Shown one piece after another: positions 13,999 to 26,785 of a stretch of 64,000 nucleotides of DNA (the first letter of the stretch is position 1; each line of letters starts with the position of its first letter). This DNA is from Octopus bimaculoides (taxonomy: Eukaryota): positions 56,956,678-57,020,677 of the forward strand of contig NC_068981.1 of the NCBI RefSeq assembly GCF_001194135.2. Reading direction: 5' to 3'. The translations under genes and the position numbers were made by a program. Under the pieces are notes generated by a model. That model ran no database searches, was not told the DNA's origin, and was given only the letters and a program-made list of their open reading frames with translations.

Positions 13999-14460
13999 CA
14001 GTGGTTCTCAAACTTATTCGGACTGCCACCCACTTGGTTCCCATGTCACATTCCTAGCGTCCAACCATCACCGCCAAATCACCAGAAAAATAGATTTCTT
14101 TCAACTGCGAATTCAAAACAGCTGTATTTCACAAATAAAACTTAACCTAGTTAAGCCATTATTCTTTTACAATCTGAAAGAGCAAAATTACATCTCACTT
14201 GTAACTACGTTGTTTTCATATTTTTACTACGAAAGATCCCTGAGTTCAATTATTTTCCGTTTGGTGTTACTTTGCAAAGCAAGAAGCTGGGCAGCTGTAC
14301 TGAAGCTCTGCTCTTCTGAATAATCCACCCACTGGGCCCCTAGCCTATGACGGGGAAACTACTTCCGGATCGACAAATAGGAAGCATAGCTAGTATATAG
14401 AACAAAGTGTCAAGAAAAACAATGCCAACCAAAATTAAAAGCACCCGCTGTAGCTACACT
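13999..14460 (-). mobile_element. hAT (Charlie-like) transposon end fragment
   Basis: CAGTGGTTCTCAAAC terminus at 13999 preceded by gtttagaa (fits an NTyTAGAN target); minus-strand EQSFSTAAQLL resembles the hAT dimerisation motif; partner TIR not found. Confidence 0.5.
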
Positions 14461-15169
14461 GGGATAAAAACAAAAATAGTAATATCGCCAATACGTTAAC
14501 GGTCTCGGAAAGTGAGATCAGCAGATCCACAAATGCAACTAAATCTAATAAATGTTCGTTCAGAGAAAAGAAACAAAATGCTTAAGGTGGGAAAAATACC
14601 AACTTGAGTTTCTCAACAAGTATTGCTCTCCGTGGATGAAAACGCAAGAACCAACGTCTATCAACGCCGGTAACCGTAACCTTGATGTTTTCTACAGGCT
14701 ATCGGTTGTTTCATTACACATTAAAAAAATACACATCCACAATGTCAGTATTTATGCCTGTATTTATGACTGTACGACTGCTATACGTAACCCAGCCAGA
14801 CCCAGTGGACCGTACCACAGAATCTGTAACTCCTCACCAAATGGAGTTGTATCACTAGCCAGAATTAGGCACTGATTTTATTTATAACTACTTAATTCTG
14901 TGTGCGAGCTTATGTGCACCAAACCATGCTTGTGTACTTGTATGTGAGTGTGCATTTGTACGAGCGAGTGTACACGAGTGTGCGTTTGCACGAGCGAGTA
15001 CACTCGAGTGTTCGTGCACCAGATCACGTATGTCTAAGCATTTGTATATCCATATCTACTAATGGTTATGACTAATATTTTTTCACTGTATTGTGTATTG
15101 GTTTCTTTCTGCATCTGACTTTTGTTATGGATCTTCTATAAGAAAGAAGCTGCATACCTTTTCTATATA

Positions 15170-15385
15170 CGAAGAACAAGAAGAAATCTTGCGAAACAGA
15201 GTTTATCTTAACGAGATAACTCTTGAAATCATCTGAGATAACACATCTACACCGAGAGATACGCCTAAACCAGATGTTCAGTATCCCACCCGCGAAGGAT
15301 CGATGCTAGTGGGTTGAAACAATTGTAGTGATCAATAAAGATTCTTGTTTCTTCCATCTTCCGTCTCTCCCATTAACCAAATATA
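15170..15385 (+). mobile_element. Penelope-like element 3' end, decayed
   Basis: RRNL.ETEFIL..TL resembles the GIY-YIG C-terminus; followed by gaaacaattgta (hammerhead-like), aataaa and (TA)n. Confidence 0.4.
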
Positions 15386-15567
15386 TATATGTATATATAT
15401 ATATATATAAAGAAAAGAAGAAGAAAAAGAAAATGAAGAATAGGAAGTTAATAATTGTTAATTTTTAACAGCAAATTAATCATCATTCTTACAACTGTTT
15501 CAATTAATACTCAGTAAATATTAAGTAAATATTAAATTTATATGATCTGAGCATAATNNNNNNNNNN

Positions 15568-15755
15568 AAAGAAGAAGAAAAAGAAAATGAAGAATAGGAA
15601 GTTAATAATTGTTAATTTTTAACAGCAAATTAATCATCATTCTTACAACTGTTTCAATTAATACTCAGTAAATATTAAGTAAATATTAAATTTATATGAT
15701 CTGAGCATAATATCTTCAGAAGGAAAAAATATACCCTTGGATGTTTTATATGTGT
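15568..15755 (-). mobile_element. ~190 bp hammerhead-bearing repeat (retrozyme-like or solo Penelope LTR), copy 1
   Basis: Collinear similarity with 34203-34400; its 3' end points into (TA)n. Confidence 0.6.
15638..15725 (-). ncRNA. Minimal type I hammerhead ribozyme (copy 1)
   Basis: Minus strand: CUGAAGA (15719-15713), stem II uuaugcucag/cugaguauuaa, GAAA (15655-15652), C-aguu-GUA (15646-15644). Weak stem I and a U-U at the base of stem II. Confidence 0.6.
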
Positions 15756-15999
15756 TTATGGATTCATTATAGCAGTTTGCTGTAATGAATCTGTAAACAC
15801 ATATAAAACATATAAAACATCCAAGGGCATATGTGTGCATATGTCTTTGCATGTATGTGTACGTAGATGTCATATAACACTTATCGTAGTTATCCAGATT
15901 CCAGCAATGGAACTTTGTTCCTTTGTCAGAGACCAACTCCTTTCTTTGAAAAAGGGTAGTAATAAATGAAAATGAAGCAACATATATGTATCTATGTGT

Positions 16000-16664
16000 T
16001 ATTTCTGCATATGTGTGTGTATGTATGAATTATGTATGTATATGTATGTGTGCATGTGTATATATATATATATATATACATACAGAGAGAGAGAGAGAGA
16101 TGGAGAGAGTATGAATGAGTGAGTGGGTGAGTGAGTGAGGGACGAAGAGAGATAAGGAGGGAAGGCGGTTGGTAGGTGTTCAGAAACAGAGATACAACAA
16201 AAGAAGAAAAACGTTTCCACAAACATTTTATTTTATATCAACTTTCATTTCACTTATCAACATTAATTTTTTCACTTGATGCCAAGTTCACGTTCAGATG
16301 TATATGATGGAACATTGCAATTTTTTTTTTTTTTTTTTAAATTTAGGTCTGGATGATTAGCGGAAAATAATAAACAGTGGAAAAGTAAATAAGTAGGTCC
16401 TTGCTGGCAATTATGATGTCAACCATTTGCAGAATCGATCATGTAAATCTGTTGAAAACGTTCTCTAAATTTGCAAATAAAGAAGCAATACAAGTGTGGA
16501 TACATGTGTACACGCGTGTGTATGTATGTTGATGTGTAAGACATAATATCATACCGGAATATCTGAAAAAAGCATTAGTCTCTGAAATGTGTCGAGTATA
16601 TCATTGAATTTCTTTCATTTATCTCTCTCACACACACTCCCTCCCTCTCTCCCTCATACACACA

Positions 16665-16710
<46 letters not shown>

Positions 16711-16884
16711 TACACGTTCTCTTTCTCTCACACACTCCCTCTCGCACATACACACACACACACACACTCATTCACTCACTCTCTCTCTGTACGTATACAT
16801 GTGTGTATATACATATATACAATATATACTTACACATACGTATAAATATGTATGTATGGGTGTGTCTATTTGTGTGTGTGTGTG

Positions 16885-16940
<56 letters not shown>
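16000..16940. repeat. Cluster of compound TA/CA/CT/GA microsatellites
   Basis: Arrays at about 16000-16140, 16620-16790 and 16800-16938. Confidence 0.85.
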
Positions 16941-17049
16941 TGATCGCCCATAAAAATTGACGAAGGCTTAGCAGGTGCTACAAATTAAATAAAATACAGC
17001 AACAAATTTTAAAATATAGAACGAAATAAAAGAAAGAAAACAGAAGCGA

Positions 17050-18300
17050 AAGATATATATTTGACTACAAATTCCCTAATCACAGGACGCATCCATGCAG
17101 GAGGTGACAGGAGATTTACAACTGCCTCCGCCGATATTACACCGTCCGTGAACCTAGATTTATAGAATTGATTGTATTCCATTGTGGACGTGTGTGATAT
17201 CCTGACCATCGTAAAAAAGGACCCACAGTCTATGCCTTCAAGGTGCTTCAGCTATCAGTAATTAACGAAGACCATCACCATAACTGGGAACACAATACTT
17301 CAACAAAGGACAAACTCACGTTGTGTGGTGCTAGAGAAGCGCGTCTATTTCTGACTCTAGGCATCTGTAGGTTTGAAACTACAGATGTGACGGTACTTTA
17401 CAGTTATAATGGTCTGCCCCAACAACAATGCTTGGATCTTAGTTGAAGGTCTGTCAGTTTTATACCCCACACCCTTCTCTATTGGAGACAAATTCTCGAC
17501 TAGCGCAAGGGCTTTTTTGTTTAAGTAAGAAGAATCTGTACGTGAGCCAAACGCACTTCCTCGTATTCAACGGCAAAATAAAGTCACTATAACTCGGCTT
17601 GTATGAATGCAGTAGATTGCCAAATGTGGCTGAAAGGAACTCCATACCTCGCAATACCATCTAACTTGGTATGTGTACATGCCATAGAACATCATACCAG
17701 ATGTTTGTTCTGCATCATAGCTTCTTGCCCAGCTTCACAGTATATTATCACCGCACCATTTTCCCCCATTGAACTGCAACAAACAACTTCAAAGCTGTGG
17801 AGATCAATGCTATTTATTTCCTTCCTTACTTCCTTTGAATGAAATGCGAATATGCCACAAAACATATGCGAATATATAGAATGACCACTGACTCCTTTGA
17901 GATTATCCCGCCTTGACAGGTCGCTTGAGAGTTTCACAGGTAACATGCAACTCAGCACAACCTGCTGCGTAATAAGATCGTCAATGACTAAACTGGCAAC
18001 ATCAGACTAGACGACCCAAGTCATCCTTGATGATCTGGCGTCATACAACGACTGCACCAATACTACATGATGGCGAAACCTTCAAGTAATGATCATGTAA
18101 CCAAACGGGTCACATTATAATGCAATTTTTGTAATATCTAGTCAGGTTCTAATTTCTACAGGTACGACTTGTCTCATGGTTGAGTGGTCCGACGGCTGAA
18201 TTGATCGTCACAGCAGTTTACTAGATGCAGAAGGTATTATGGCACTTAATAGGGCTTAAAATAAAACTAGTCTAAAAGCCTCTCACAGATAAGCCAACAA
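17050..18300 (+). mobile_element. Highly decayed RTE-like LINE (endonuclease region)
   Basis: Raised GC; fragment RIQRQNKVTITRLV..AVDC resembles RTE R.RD..DV..TR.M.GADC; many stops. Confidence 0.3.
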
Positions 18301-18804
18301 CTTATCATACCACTACAAGATTATCTTGTTTAAACTCATGTTGCTGATGGCCTCTTTAGACGATAGATTTTGGGTGGAGGGAAGAAAATATTATTATTAT
18401 ATTCGTTTCTATCACACATTATTATTCATTTCCTCATTACGTGAGGTTTATTGTCATCCCAAAAGAATACATACAGTTAAATCGAAACGCAATCCATAAT
18501 TATAATTTATAATTTATTGCTCATGATAAATTAATAAGAATCGAATACTTAAAATCATATCATCTATTTTTATTAGAATCCTATTTGCTAGAATTTATAA
18601 ACAAGGTTTAAGTTGAAACATAATACGTTTTAAACTTATGTAAATTTATTGATTACTAAAATTTATATACTGGTGTGTGCGTCTAATGTATAAATATACA
18701 TAAAAACTATTAAACTTTAATCGAAGAAGCATTCACTGAATACATGTAGAGTATAGAATTTATTTTCACAAGGAAAACGGTAACAGTGACATCAAGATTC
18801 ACCA

Positions 18805-18830
18805 GTGGTTGTATTGCACGCGCACGCGTT

Positions 18831-18902
<72 letters not shown>

Positions 18903-19030
18903 TGCATGCATGTGTGTGTATATCTATGTGCTTGTGTATATGTGTGTGCGTGCGTGCATGTGTGTGTATATGTGTGTGTGTTTGTGTGTGTGTGTGTGCG
19001 TGTGTGCGTGCGCGCGCGTGTCTGTATGAG
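18805..19030. repeat. (TG)n/(CG)-interrupted purine-pyrimidine alternation
   Basis: Direct sequence. Confidence 0.9.
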
Positions 19031-19814
19031 TGCGTATGTAAGTTTTATAGATAATCCAGTCTATAATATCAGTGAAAATATATTTTAAAGATTCTGAAAC
19101 ATGTCATGGTTACCTCTGAGTTGTTTAAAACATTTATCTTCTGTGGTTAGTGTGTGGGGGGAGGGGTGAACGCGTGTGTGTATGTACATATTTTTAAAAC
19201 CAAAAAATGACTTTGTGGAAAGTAATTCAAATGCTTTTTTTCTGTTATCGAGTTTATCATTTGATTTATTTGATTATATAAAAACACTCAAATATATGTA
19301 AATGTGAATGTACGTATTGTCTGTATGCATATTTGCTTATCTTTCGTTGATGAGTATCAGCAAGGGCTTTACACATCGGCGAGAATGCGAAAATACGAAA
19401 AAGTTGTACTTTACGAAGAGGAACCTTGATATATTTGTTCTGCTTAGAATTACAAACACTCCCTGGTCATTTTGGCCGTTTATCAGAAATGCAAGAAAAC
19501 AATGATAGACCCTCTGTAACTAACGCCGTTTTTGATCATAAATTGTAATACAAAATATATAAATACTATACAGGAAGGATAGATGTTTCGCAGTTAGTAG
19601 CGTTGAATAATAGAACATAAGGAGTTCGTTGTTGTTTAGCATTAGTGAAGATAATATTAAAACGATACATAGCAACAGCAAAACTTTTACACGAATCGAT
19701 GATATCACAAAAACACTCCCCGTACACATACAACGATGCAACAATCGGCGAAACTTGATGTCACAGTCAACATTTTTTTGTGAAAATAAATATTATACTA
19801 TACAGTAGCCTTTG

Positions 19815-19865
19815 TGTGGCGTTCTGTGTTCAAATTCTGCCGAGGTCAACTTTGCCTTTTATCCT
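19815..19865 (+). mobile_element. SINE family A fragment
   Basis: gttctgtgttcaaattctgccgaggtcaactttgccttttatcct. Confidence 0.7.
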
Positions 19866-20479
19866 GATGCTGCGTCCATGTTGGGGCACCCCTCATGTTT
19901 TTATTATTATTATTATAATTATTATTAATATCTGAATTTGCATTTATTTACATGCAATTTTTTCTTTGAAATTTTCGAACCAATATCTGGATTTTAATGT
20001 CTACTGCCTCTTTCGTATCTCAGCATTTAATCAAAAAACTGTTGAAACACAAGATGTAAATTTGAAGAAAAACCTCTATTTTTGAAGCTATTTTCTCTTA
20101 TTCTTTCTTATATCTTAGAATATCCTCTAAATTACTCTGTCTATTCGTACTTTACGTTTTACCGAAAACATGCTGAAATAACAGGAACTTTTATTAACAC
20201 ACCCGAGTCTTGAGTAAAAGTTAAAAATCAAAACTTGATTTTTTAATTTTTGGGAATATTTTTTCTAACTTTTACATAACTTTGCTAATATTTTGGATTG
20301 ATTATCAATATATTTCAACTTAGTCACATGCAAATTTTACTTTGGAATATCCGAAAAACACCTTTTTAATTGCTTTTCTTACTTCATGATGTTGCTTCCG
20401 TATATTTAGCGAATGACTGCTTTAATAAACAGTTATTCTAATCATTTATTGCAAGGGATTCGTTTGTTTTAGCATGACA

Positions 20480-21820
20480 GGACCAACAAGCAAACTTTTA
20501 TCAACTTCACTGAGTGATAATCTTTTGAAGAAAGAAATGATTGAACAGCAAGCTTCACATTAACATGTGATGAAACTCTTAAGACTCACAAGATGAAAGA
20601 TGTGTTCTAGATGGCTGGAGTATGAAGCAAGTTGAGGAGTTCCTAAAAAAAATGATGGGTTACATGTTATCAATAAGAAAATTGGCTATGACCATTGAGT
20701 TAAATTTGGGTTCATACACATGGAGAGGCTGCAATGTTGAAACATTGGGAACAAATAAAGTCGTCAAGTATGCATCTCTTAGAAAATAAAATAAGCAATC
20801 ATTTTTCATCAAAAGCACATAATATATGTGAAACAGAACTGACGGAAGGCGAAGTAAATGTAATTACAAAACCATTGATGAAATAAATAAAAATGTATAA
20901 GCTCCATATGAAAATTGCTTTAATACTGTCTACGGTACACAAAATGAAACAGGCTTTGTTAGGATATCGAAGATGGGATTGGAAATGGGAGTAGAATTTC
21001 ATTCTCGCAAGACAGCTGCTAAAATAGCCGATCATACTGCGAAGAAAATTAAACATGAAATATTTGTGAAAAGCAAAAAATAAACTTTGTGTTATCATTG
21101 GTGAGGCTTCAATGGTGCAATTCAACCAGTTATCATTTTTCTAAAAGTTGAAGAGAGTGATTTTTGATGATTTTTCTTGATTTGAGTCGAAATAACAAGA
21201 TGCAGAAATAATACATTTTTTTATATCTTAAAGTTTGCCTTTTACATTTCAGCTACATAATGAATCATCGTTGTTTTGGATGATTATATCGAAAACATAA
21301 AACAAGTAAACCACGATAAAATATTTATTAATTAAATATGCAGACTCTTTTACCAAATAAAAATCAGATGGAACTTATTTAAATTCCAGGTCAATATGGA
21401 TTAGAAATCCTAAAGTTTAGTAAAGTTTCAGAAATAAGACAGGCAGCCTTAAATCAGCAGTTGTAATACGGAATGCTTATCCAGCATTGTTCGAATATTT
21501 TCTCTTCTGTAAACAACAACATAAAAGTCATACCCTTAATTTTATACATGCAAACTATTTTTGCCACATAAGTCATGGATGTTAGTTGGATATAAATTCG
21601 TGTTTGAAATGACCGGGCTAAATAACAAATTCGCGATTTCTGCTAAAAGGAAAATTTTTCAAATCCTCAGATCTCTTGTTTAGGCCAAAAGCCCAGTAAT
21701 TTACGTCTTGTATTACAACACTCACTGCTGGACCATTAAATACTGATTTGATTCGCTTCAATTTCAAACAATATGAAATATCTATTTTTTTTAAGGAAGG
21801 GCAGTTAGAACTTGCAATAA
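20480..21820 (+). mobile_element. Decayed hAT transposase (KIAA1586-like type)
   Basis: Frameshifted fragments KISNHFSSKAHNIC, CFNTVY, FHSRKTAAKIADH, KLCVII(G)EAS (degenerate IIDEAS catalytic motif), VIIFLKVE. Confidence 0.65.
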
Positions 21821-22261
21821 GTGCGTCATTCCTAAGTTACGCTGCATAACTAAAGATGAAAATGCTCCAACCGAGAAATGTCTACTCTCAGACTAAATTG
21901 ATTTTAAGCTTTGTCACCACTCAGGTAACTAATGAATAAAAGAAAGTTATTTTTTAAATTTTATTGTCTTATGAATAAATATTTATTTATTTGAAGGATT
22001 CTAATACCTTGCAAGTTACAGAAGTGAAGTGGAAGAAAGTCTATTTCATGCTTGGAACGTTAGGAGACTAAAGTAGGATCACAATGTGATAAAAGAAAAT
22101 TATTATTTGAAGACTTATACTGTTTCTCATGTAAAAATACTGGAGGCAATCACCGGGCACATTTCACTCTCGTAGGAAATCCTTGTCTAAAGTCTAGCAG
22201 TAACTCGTCTTGAAGGAGTTTCAGTGATCAAATCATGTAGTAATGTAAGTATAAATAAACA

Positions 22262-22485
22262 AAGCGGCAAGCTGACAGAATCGTTAGAACGCCGGGCAAT
22301 ATGAGTAGCGACATTTCGTCCGTTATTACGTTCTGAGTTCCAATTCCGCTGATGTCGATTTTACCTTTCATTCTTTCGGGGTCGATAAAATAATAAGTAC
22401 CAGTCTTGTACTTGGGTAGATGCAATCGATTTGCACCCCACCCCACCCTAAATTGCTGGCTTTGTGCCAAAATTTGAAACCAATG
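22262..22485 (+). mobile_element. SINE family A
   Basis: aagcggcaagctgacagaatcgttag...gagttccaattccgc...tttcggggtcgataaaataataagtaccag. Confidence 0.88.
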
Positions 22486-23600
22486 TAAGTGTAATTTTAA
22501 AATATAATACCTCTAAGATGGTAACTGCATTATAGTCAGGCCGGTAAAAACATTTAATCATTAGAAACTTAAAAAGACAAAAAACTACAAATTAATTGTA
22601 CAGTAAGGAACAAATCGAATTCCAAAAACTGGCTGTTTTTGGAAAAAGAATCAATTGATAAGGTTTATAAAATTGAAGAAGCTCGTGTGTTACGGTCCAC
22701 AAACTTATTTAATTTTACAAGATTATTATATAATGTATATTTCTAACTTGATTTATCACGACTCTGAATTGAAGTCTCGCAGACCTTATCAAGTTTTACG
22801 AGTGTTTTTCAAAATAAATACCAGTAACACACTACACTGGAGAATATTCAAAGCTGTGTAATATGAACTGAGTAACTCGAAATAATTTATACTGCATCTC
22901 AGTTTCACATAATACTGCTGGAAATATTCTTTAAATGACCAATATATCTTGCTTTCTCTCACTTTCTCAATTCTGTAATGTTATTCTTCATGAAGGAAAC
23001 AGTGTATACATATTTAAATGAATCTGGAATCTGTAAAGAGTTGCTGCAGTAACTTCAATTGCCAAATTTGATATCCAGTCATATCCTTAAATCAAAATAA
23101 GCTAAAATTGAATATCACGAACGGTCTGACTAAAACCGACAGTATCCAGTAGTTTCATGGATCAATCTATACCATACTTACCTCTTCTAAAGATTTTTTC
23201 TTACAAAGAAATAAAAATTTGCCTAGATCAATTACCCAATGGTTTTGGTAGAGTGTTAGATGATATCTCTAGCCAAATTTAGTTCTGTCTCTGCGTTCTG
23301 GGTTCAAAACTGTTGAAGTGGCTCTACTTTTATAACAACAAATAAGTACTAGCCCAATACTGAGACCGTTTGAAGCAGTTAGACTGCTCCTCGGTACATT
23401 TCTGGCGTAGTACAGATGTAAACAATCAATATTTACCTATATATGCTGATCAATCTGTTAATCCCTTCTCAAAAAGTATGGCTAACATTTCATGTATTTA
23501 TTTGTTTATTTGTTCAACAAATATTTACCTGCATCACTTATAACCACTGCTCAGAAGAAACATTTAATCCTTCTTACTCGCAATATTTTCATATTCTAAT

Positions 23601-23815
23601 GCGGTGAGCTGACAGAGTCGTTAGCACTCCGCGCAAAACTGCTTAGCGGCATTTCGTCCGTCTTCACGTTCTGAGTTCAAATTCCGCTGAGGTCGACTTC
23701 GCCTTTTGTCTTTTCAAGATCGATAAAATAAGTACCAGTCAAACATTGGGGTCGGTCTAACTGATTTACTCCTCCCCCGAAAATTGCTGGTCTTGTACCA
23801 AAATTTTAAATCAAT
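23601..23815 (+). mobile_element. SINE family A
   Basis: gcggtgagctgacagagtcgttagc...gagttcaaattccgctgaggtcgac. Confidence 0.88.
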
Positions 23816-23829
23816 GTCTTCATATTCTA

Positions 23830-24020
23830 AAGCGACAAGCTGGCAGAATCGTTAGCTTTCCGGGCAAAATGCTTGGAGCCATTTCGTCCTCCTTTATGTT
23901 CTGAGTTCAAGTTTCAAGTTCTGCCAAGGTCGACTTTTCCTTTTATCCTTCCGAGGTCGATGTAATAAACTTAGCCCCTCCTCACGAAATACCTGACCTT
24001 ATGCCAAAATTTGAAACCAA
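23830..24020 (+). mobile_element. SINE family A (tandem with the previous copy)
   Basis: gcgacaagctggcagaatcgttagc; catattct occurs before, between and after the pair. Confidence 0.85.
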
Positions 24021-26407
24021 TAACATCATATTCTGCAGAAATTTTAATTTTTTTTTTCTTTCTGAGGCTTAAAGGCATGTAAAAAAAAAAAAGAAATGGA
24101 AGACAATGAATTGACTCAATACTTTAGATCTAACAAGCCCTAAACTTTTTAACTTAAAATATTTGCAATGGGCAGTAAACTATAAAGAACGCCAAAACCA
24201 TTTCTGCATATGTCTCAATGATTTTGTGTCATTAAAGTTTTATTGCTCATTTCAAATATTCCTGTTCAAGATTAGGGCTCGAATAGTTTATTTTTCTTCT
24301 AGCGTTGCATTGTTAAGTGGTTTTTATTACCTTACTATTCGTATAATAATAAGTTACCTATAGAACATACTTTTGTTAATGAAAAAGATATCTCACATGC
24401 GAGAACTTTATAACTGTAGAAATTACCTGAGTAATCTAAGTTCAATTCTAAGTGAGCTCTCTATTTTAACTTTAGAAACCAGCTGGATATCAACTTGAGT
24501 TGAAACCAACCCCACTCTGGGCAAGCGAAGAGACATTATTGATTAGGTAAATGTTGGAACTGGTCACGAAAGCATAAGACATTATATATTTGTTCCAAGC
24601 AGGAGGTGAAAATACATTAAAATATTGTCTGTTACTAAGAACAACCGCAGAGAATTTTTTTGAACTTTCATTCTTCTTATATGTGTGTGGGTGTATGTAT
24701 GTGGAGTGCGTGTTTGTGTATGTGCTTCTGTGTCTGTATATGTGTCTGTGTTTGTGTGTGTATGTACGCACGCGAGTATATGTATTATACCAGAGATACT
24801 TTGTATATTCATTGAAATAAACACTTAAAGAGGTAAAATTTCAAATTAGATGTATTTTATCAGTCGGTGTAAAGTAGGAGCAGAACACATGACCCTTGTA
24901 GACCCTTTAAACTGGTGACATTGTTGCAGCTAGTTTTTAGTTTCAATATCTGTGGTCAGATCTACAGAAAAATTGTGGCTGGAGATGGAACTCCGGAGGG
25001 TTGCAAGGAGAATCAAATTGGCAAAAGGATGACAAGAGGAGAAATAAGTGTATCGGGAGAGTCTAGGTAGCAAGCTGGTTCAAAGAAGACTAATCCATGA
25101 TTGAAGAAGCAGAGAGAAATTAGTCACCAAGTGCGAAAATCAATGTCATTAAATTGATTTAATGACATTATTTCGTGATTTGTGAGTAATAGCAGAACTA
25201 ATCTAGATAGGTGGGCACTAACCCAATGCAATTTGCACTTCTGTAATTAATCAGGGCTAGGAGAAGAGGCGTTGTAGTTTTTGTTTTTTGTTTTGTTTAT
25301 TTGTTTTCGATCCTGGGGTCTGTCTCTGTTGCATTTAAAATAAGTCGATAGTTGGAAATGAGACAGGAAACACAGTTAATTTTTCTTTATACAATGCAGA
25401 CCCCTGGAGCTAGAGTAAAATTCAAGTACTTGTTGATAATAGCAACTAGCTCAAAAGTGTACTACTTGAGAATTATATAGAACGGACACTCTTTGTCTTG
25501 ATTGGGTTGGATTGAACAAAGGTATTTTCGTACTTGGTGAATATATGTGTACGTTTCGGGGAGAGTGATGTGGAGAGATGCATTTGGAAGAGATTTTGCT
25601 TTGTACATGCAATGTAGAGTTAAAACAGAATGTGCAGCAAATGCAGCGGACAGGTACATTACTTAAAAAGACATCTATCTTGTTTGAAATGTTACGGTTA
25701 CCACAGGATTTCGAGTAACAATGTTGTGTAGTTGGTAGATACGAGATCTAAGCTTTGTTTAAAAAGGGATCGGATGATCACATGGGTTTAAGTATTACTA
25801 GGTAAATTTTTAGTTTGGAGTGAGGAAGTGGTCAAAGGAGTTTGGAACGTTCTTAAGTTGGTCAGGAATAGGGTTAGGTGAAGACTGAATACATAAACCT
25901 ATAACTATGAAGAAGGGAGCATTTGAGTAAGAGTTGATGGAATTTTTATTTGCGCATACACACACACATGCACACACACACACACATACACGCACACTCA
26001 TGCAAACATACACACATAAATACGCACATGCACATTCATGAGATTATTAAGATGTGTGATTAGTATGTTCGAGTGTTTTGTGGATAAAAGTTTACGGAAG
26101 ATACTGAGGGGATACTATCTGTTTCATACATCATTTTATAAATGTTCGCATTTTTGGTTTTGGATTATCTTTGTCGAGGAAGGGAAAAAGGAAATCATAA
26201 CCCATGGTTTACGTTGATTACTGTGAATAGTCCAAACAGAAATCATTGGTAGTGTGTGGGTCTTTCAAAACCCTACAATCTCTGAGGTTGCAGTGGAATG
26301 CTATGCCAGCTAAGAGAGTGCCTTTCAAACCGTTACTCCGAGGTTCGTGCCCCTATTTTATTTACCAGCAAGTGATTACGGATAAACCTTTACTACTTGT
26401 TCACTCT

Positions 26408-26560
26408 GACAGTTATTGGTTTCAAATAGTGGCACAAGGCCAGCAATTTTATGGGCGGGGTTAAGTCGATTATATCGACGGCAGTGCTCGACTGGTACTT
26501 ATTTTATCGAACCCCGAAAGGATTAAATGCAAGGTCGACCTCGGTGGAGTTTGAACTCCC
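26408..26560 (-). mobile_element. SINE family A, 5'-truncated
   Basis: ggcacaaggccagcaattt...gtcgacctcggtggagtttgaactc. Confidence 0.85.
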
Positions 26561-26602
26561 AGCTCAAATAATTTGTTTATAGTAATCAAATGTATTTTCT
26601 GT

Positions 26603-26785
26603 GCATTAACTCACTCTCTCCATCAAACCGACGTTACATGAACAAGTGCACAGTGTCAAGTGTCGAAGTGATCGCAGAGCCACGTGAGATGACGTGTTCT
26701 GCTCAAGAACAAAACGCACCGGGATTTGAAACCACGACCTTACGATCGTGAGTGTAACGCCTAAATCACTAGGCCATGCGTCCTC
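26603..26785 (-). mobile_element. tRNA-derived SINE, family B-related
   Basis: Minus strand: gaggacgcatggcctagtg (A box)...gtggtttcaaatcccgg (B box)...gttcttgagcagaacac, shared with 33624. Confidence 0.75.

Noticed and set aside
15413-15557. Exact tandem duplicate of the hammerhead repeat's 3' portion
   Set aside because: Identical 145 bp on both sides of a 10-N gap is most simply a contig-overlap artefact. Long reads should still check it, since real tandem copies would support a retrozyme.
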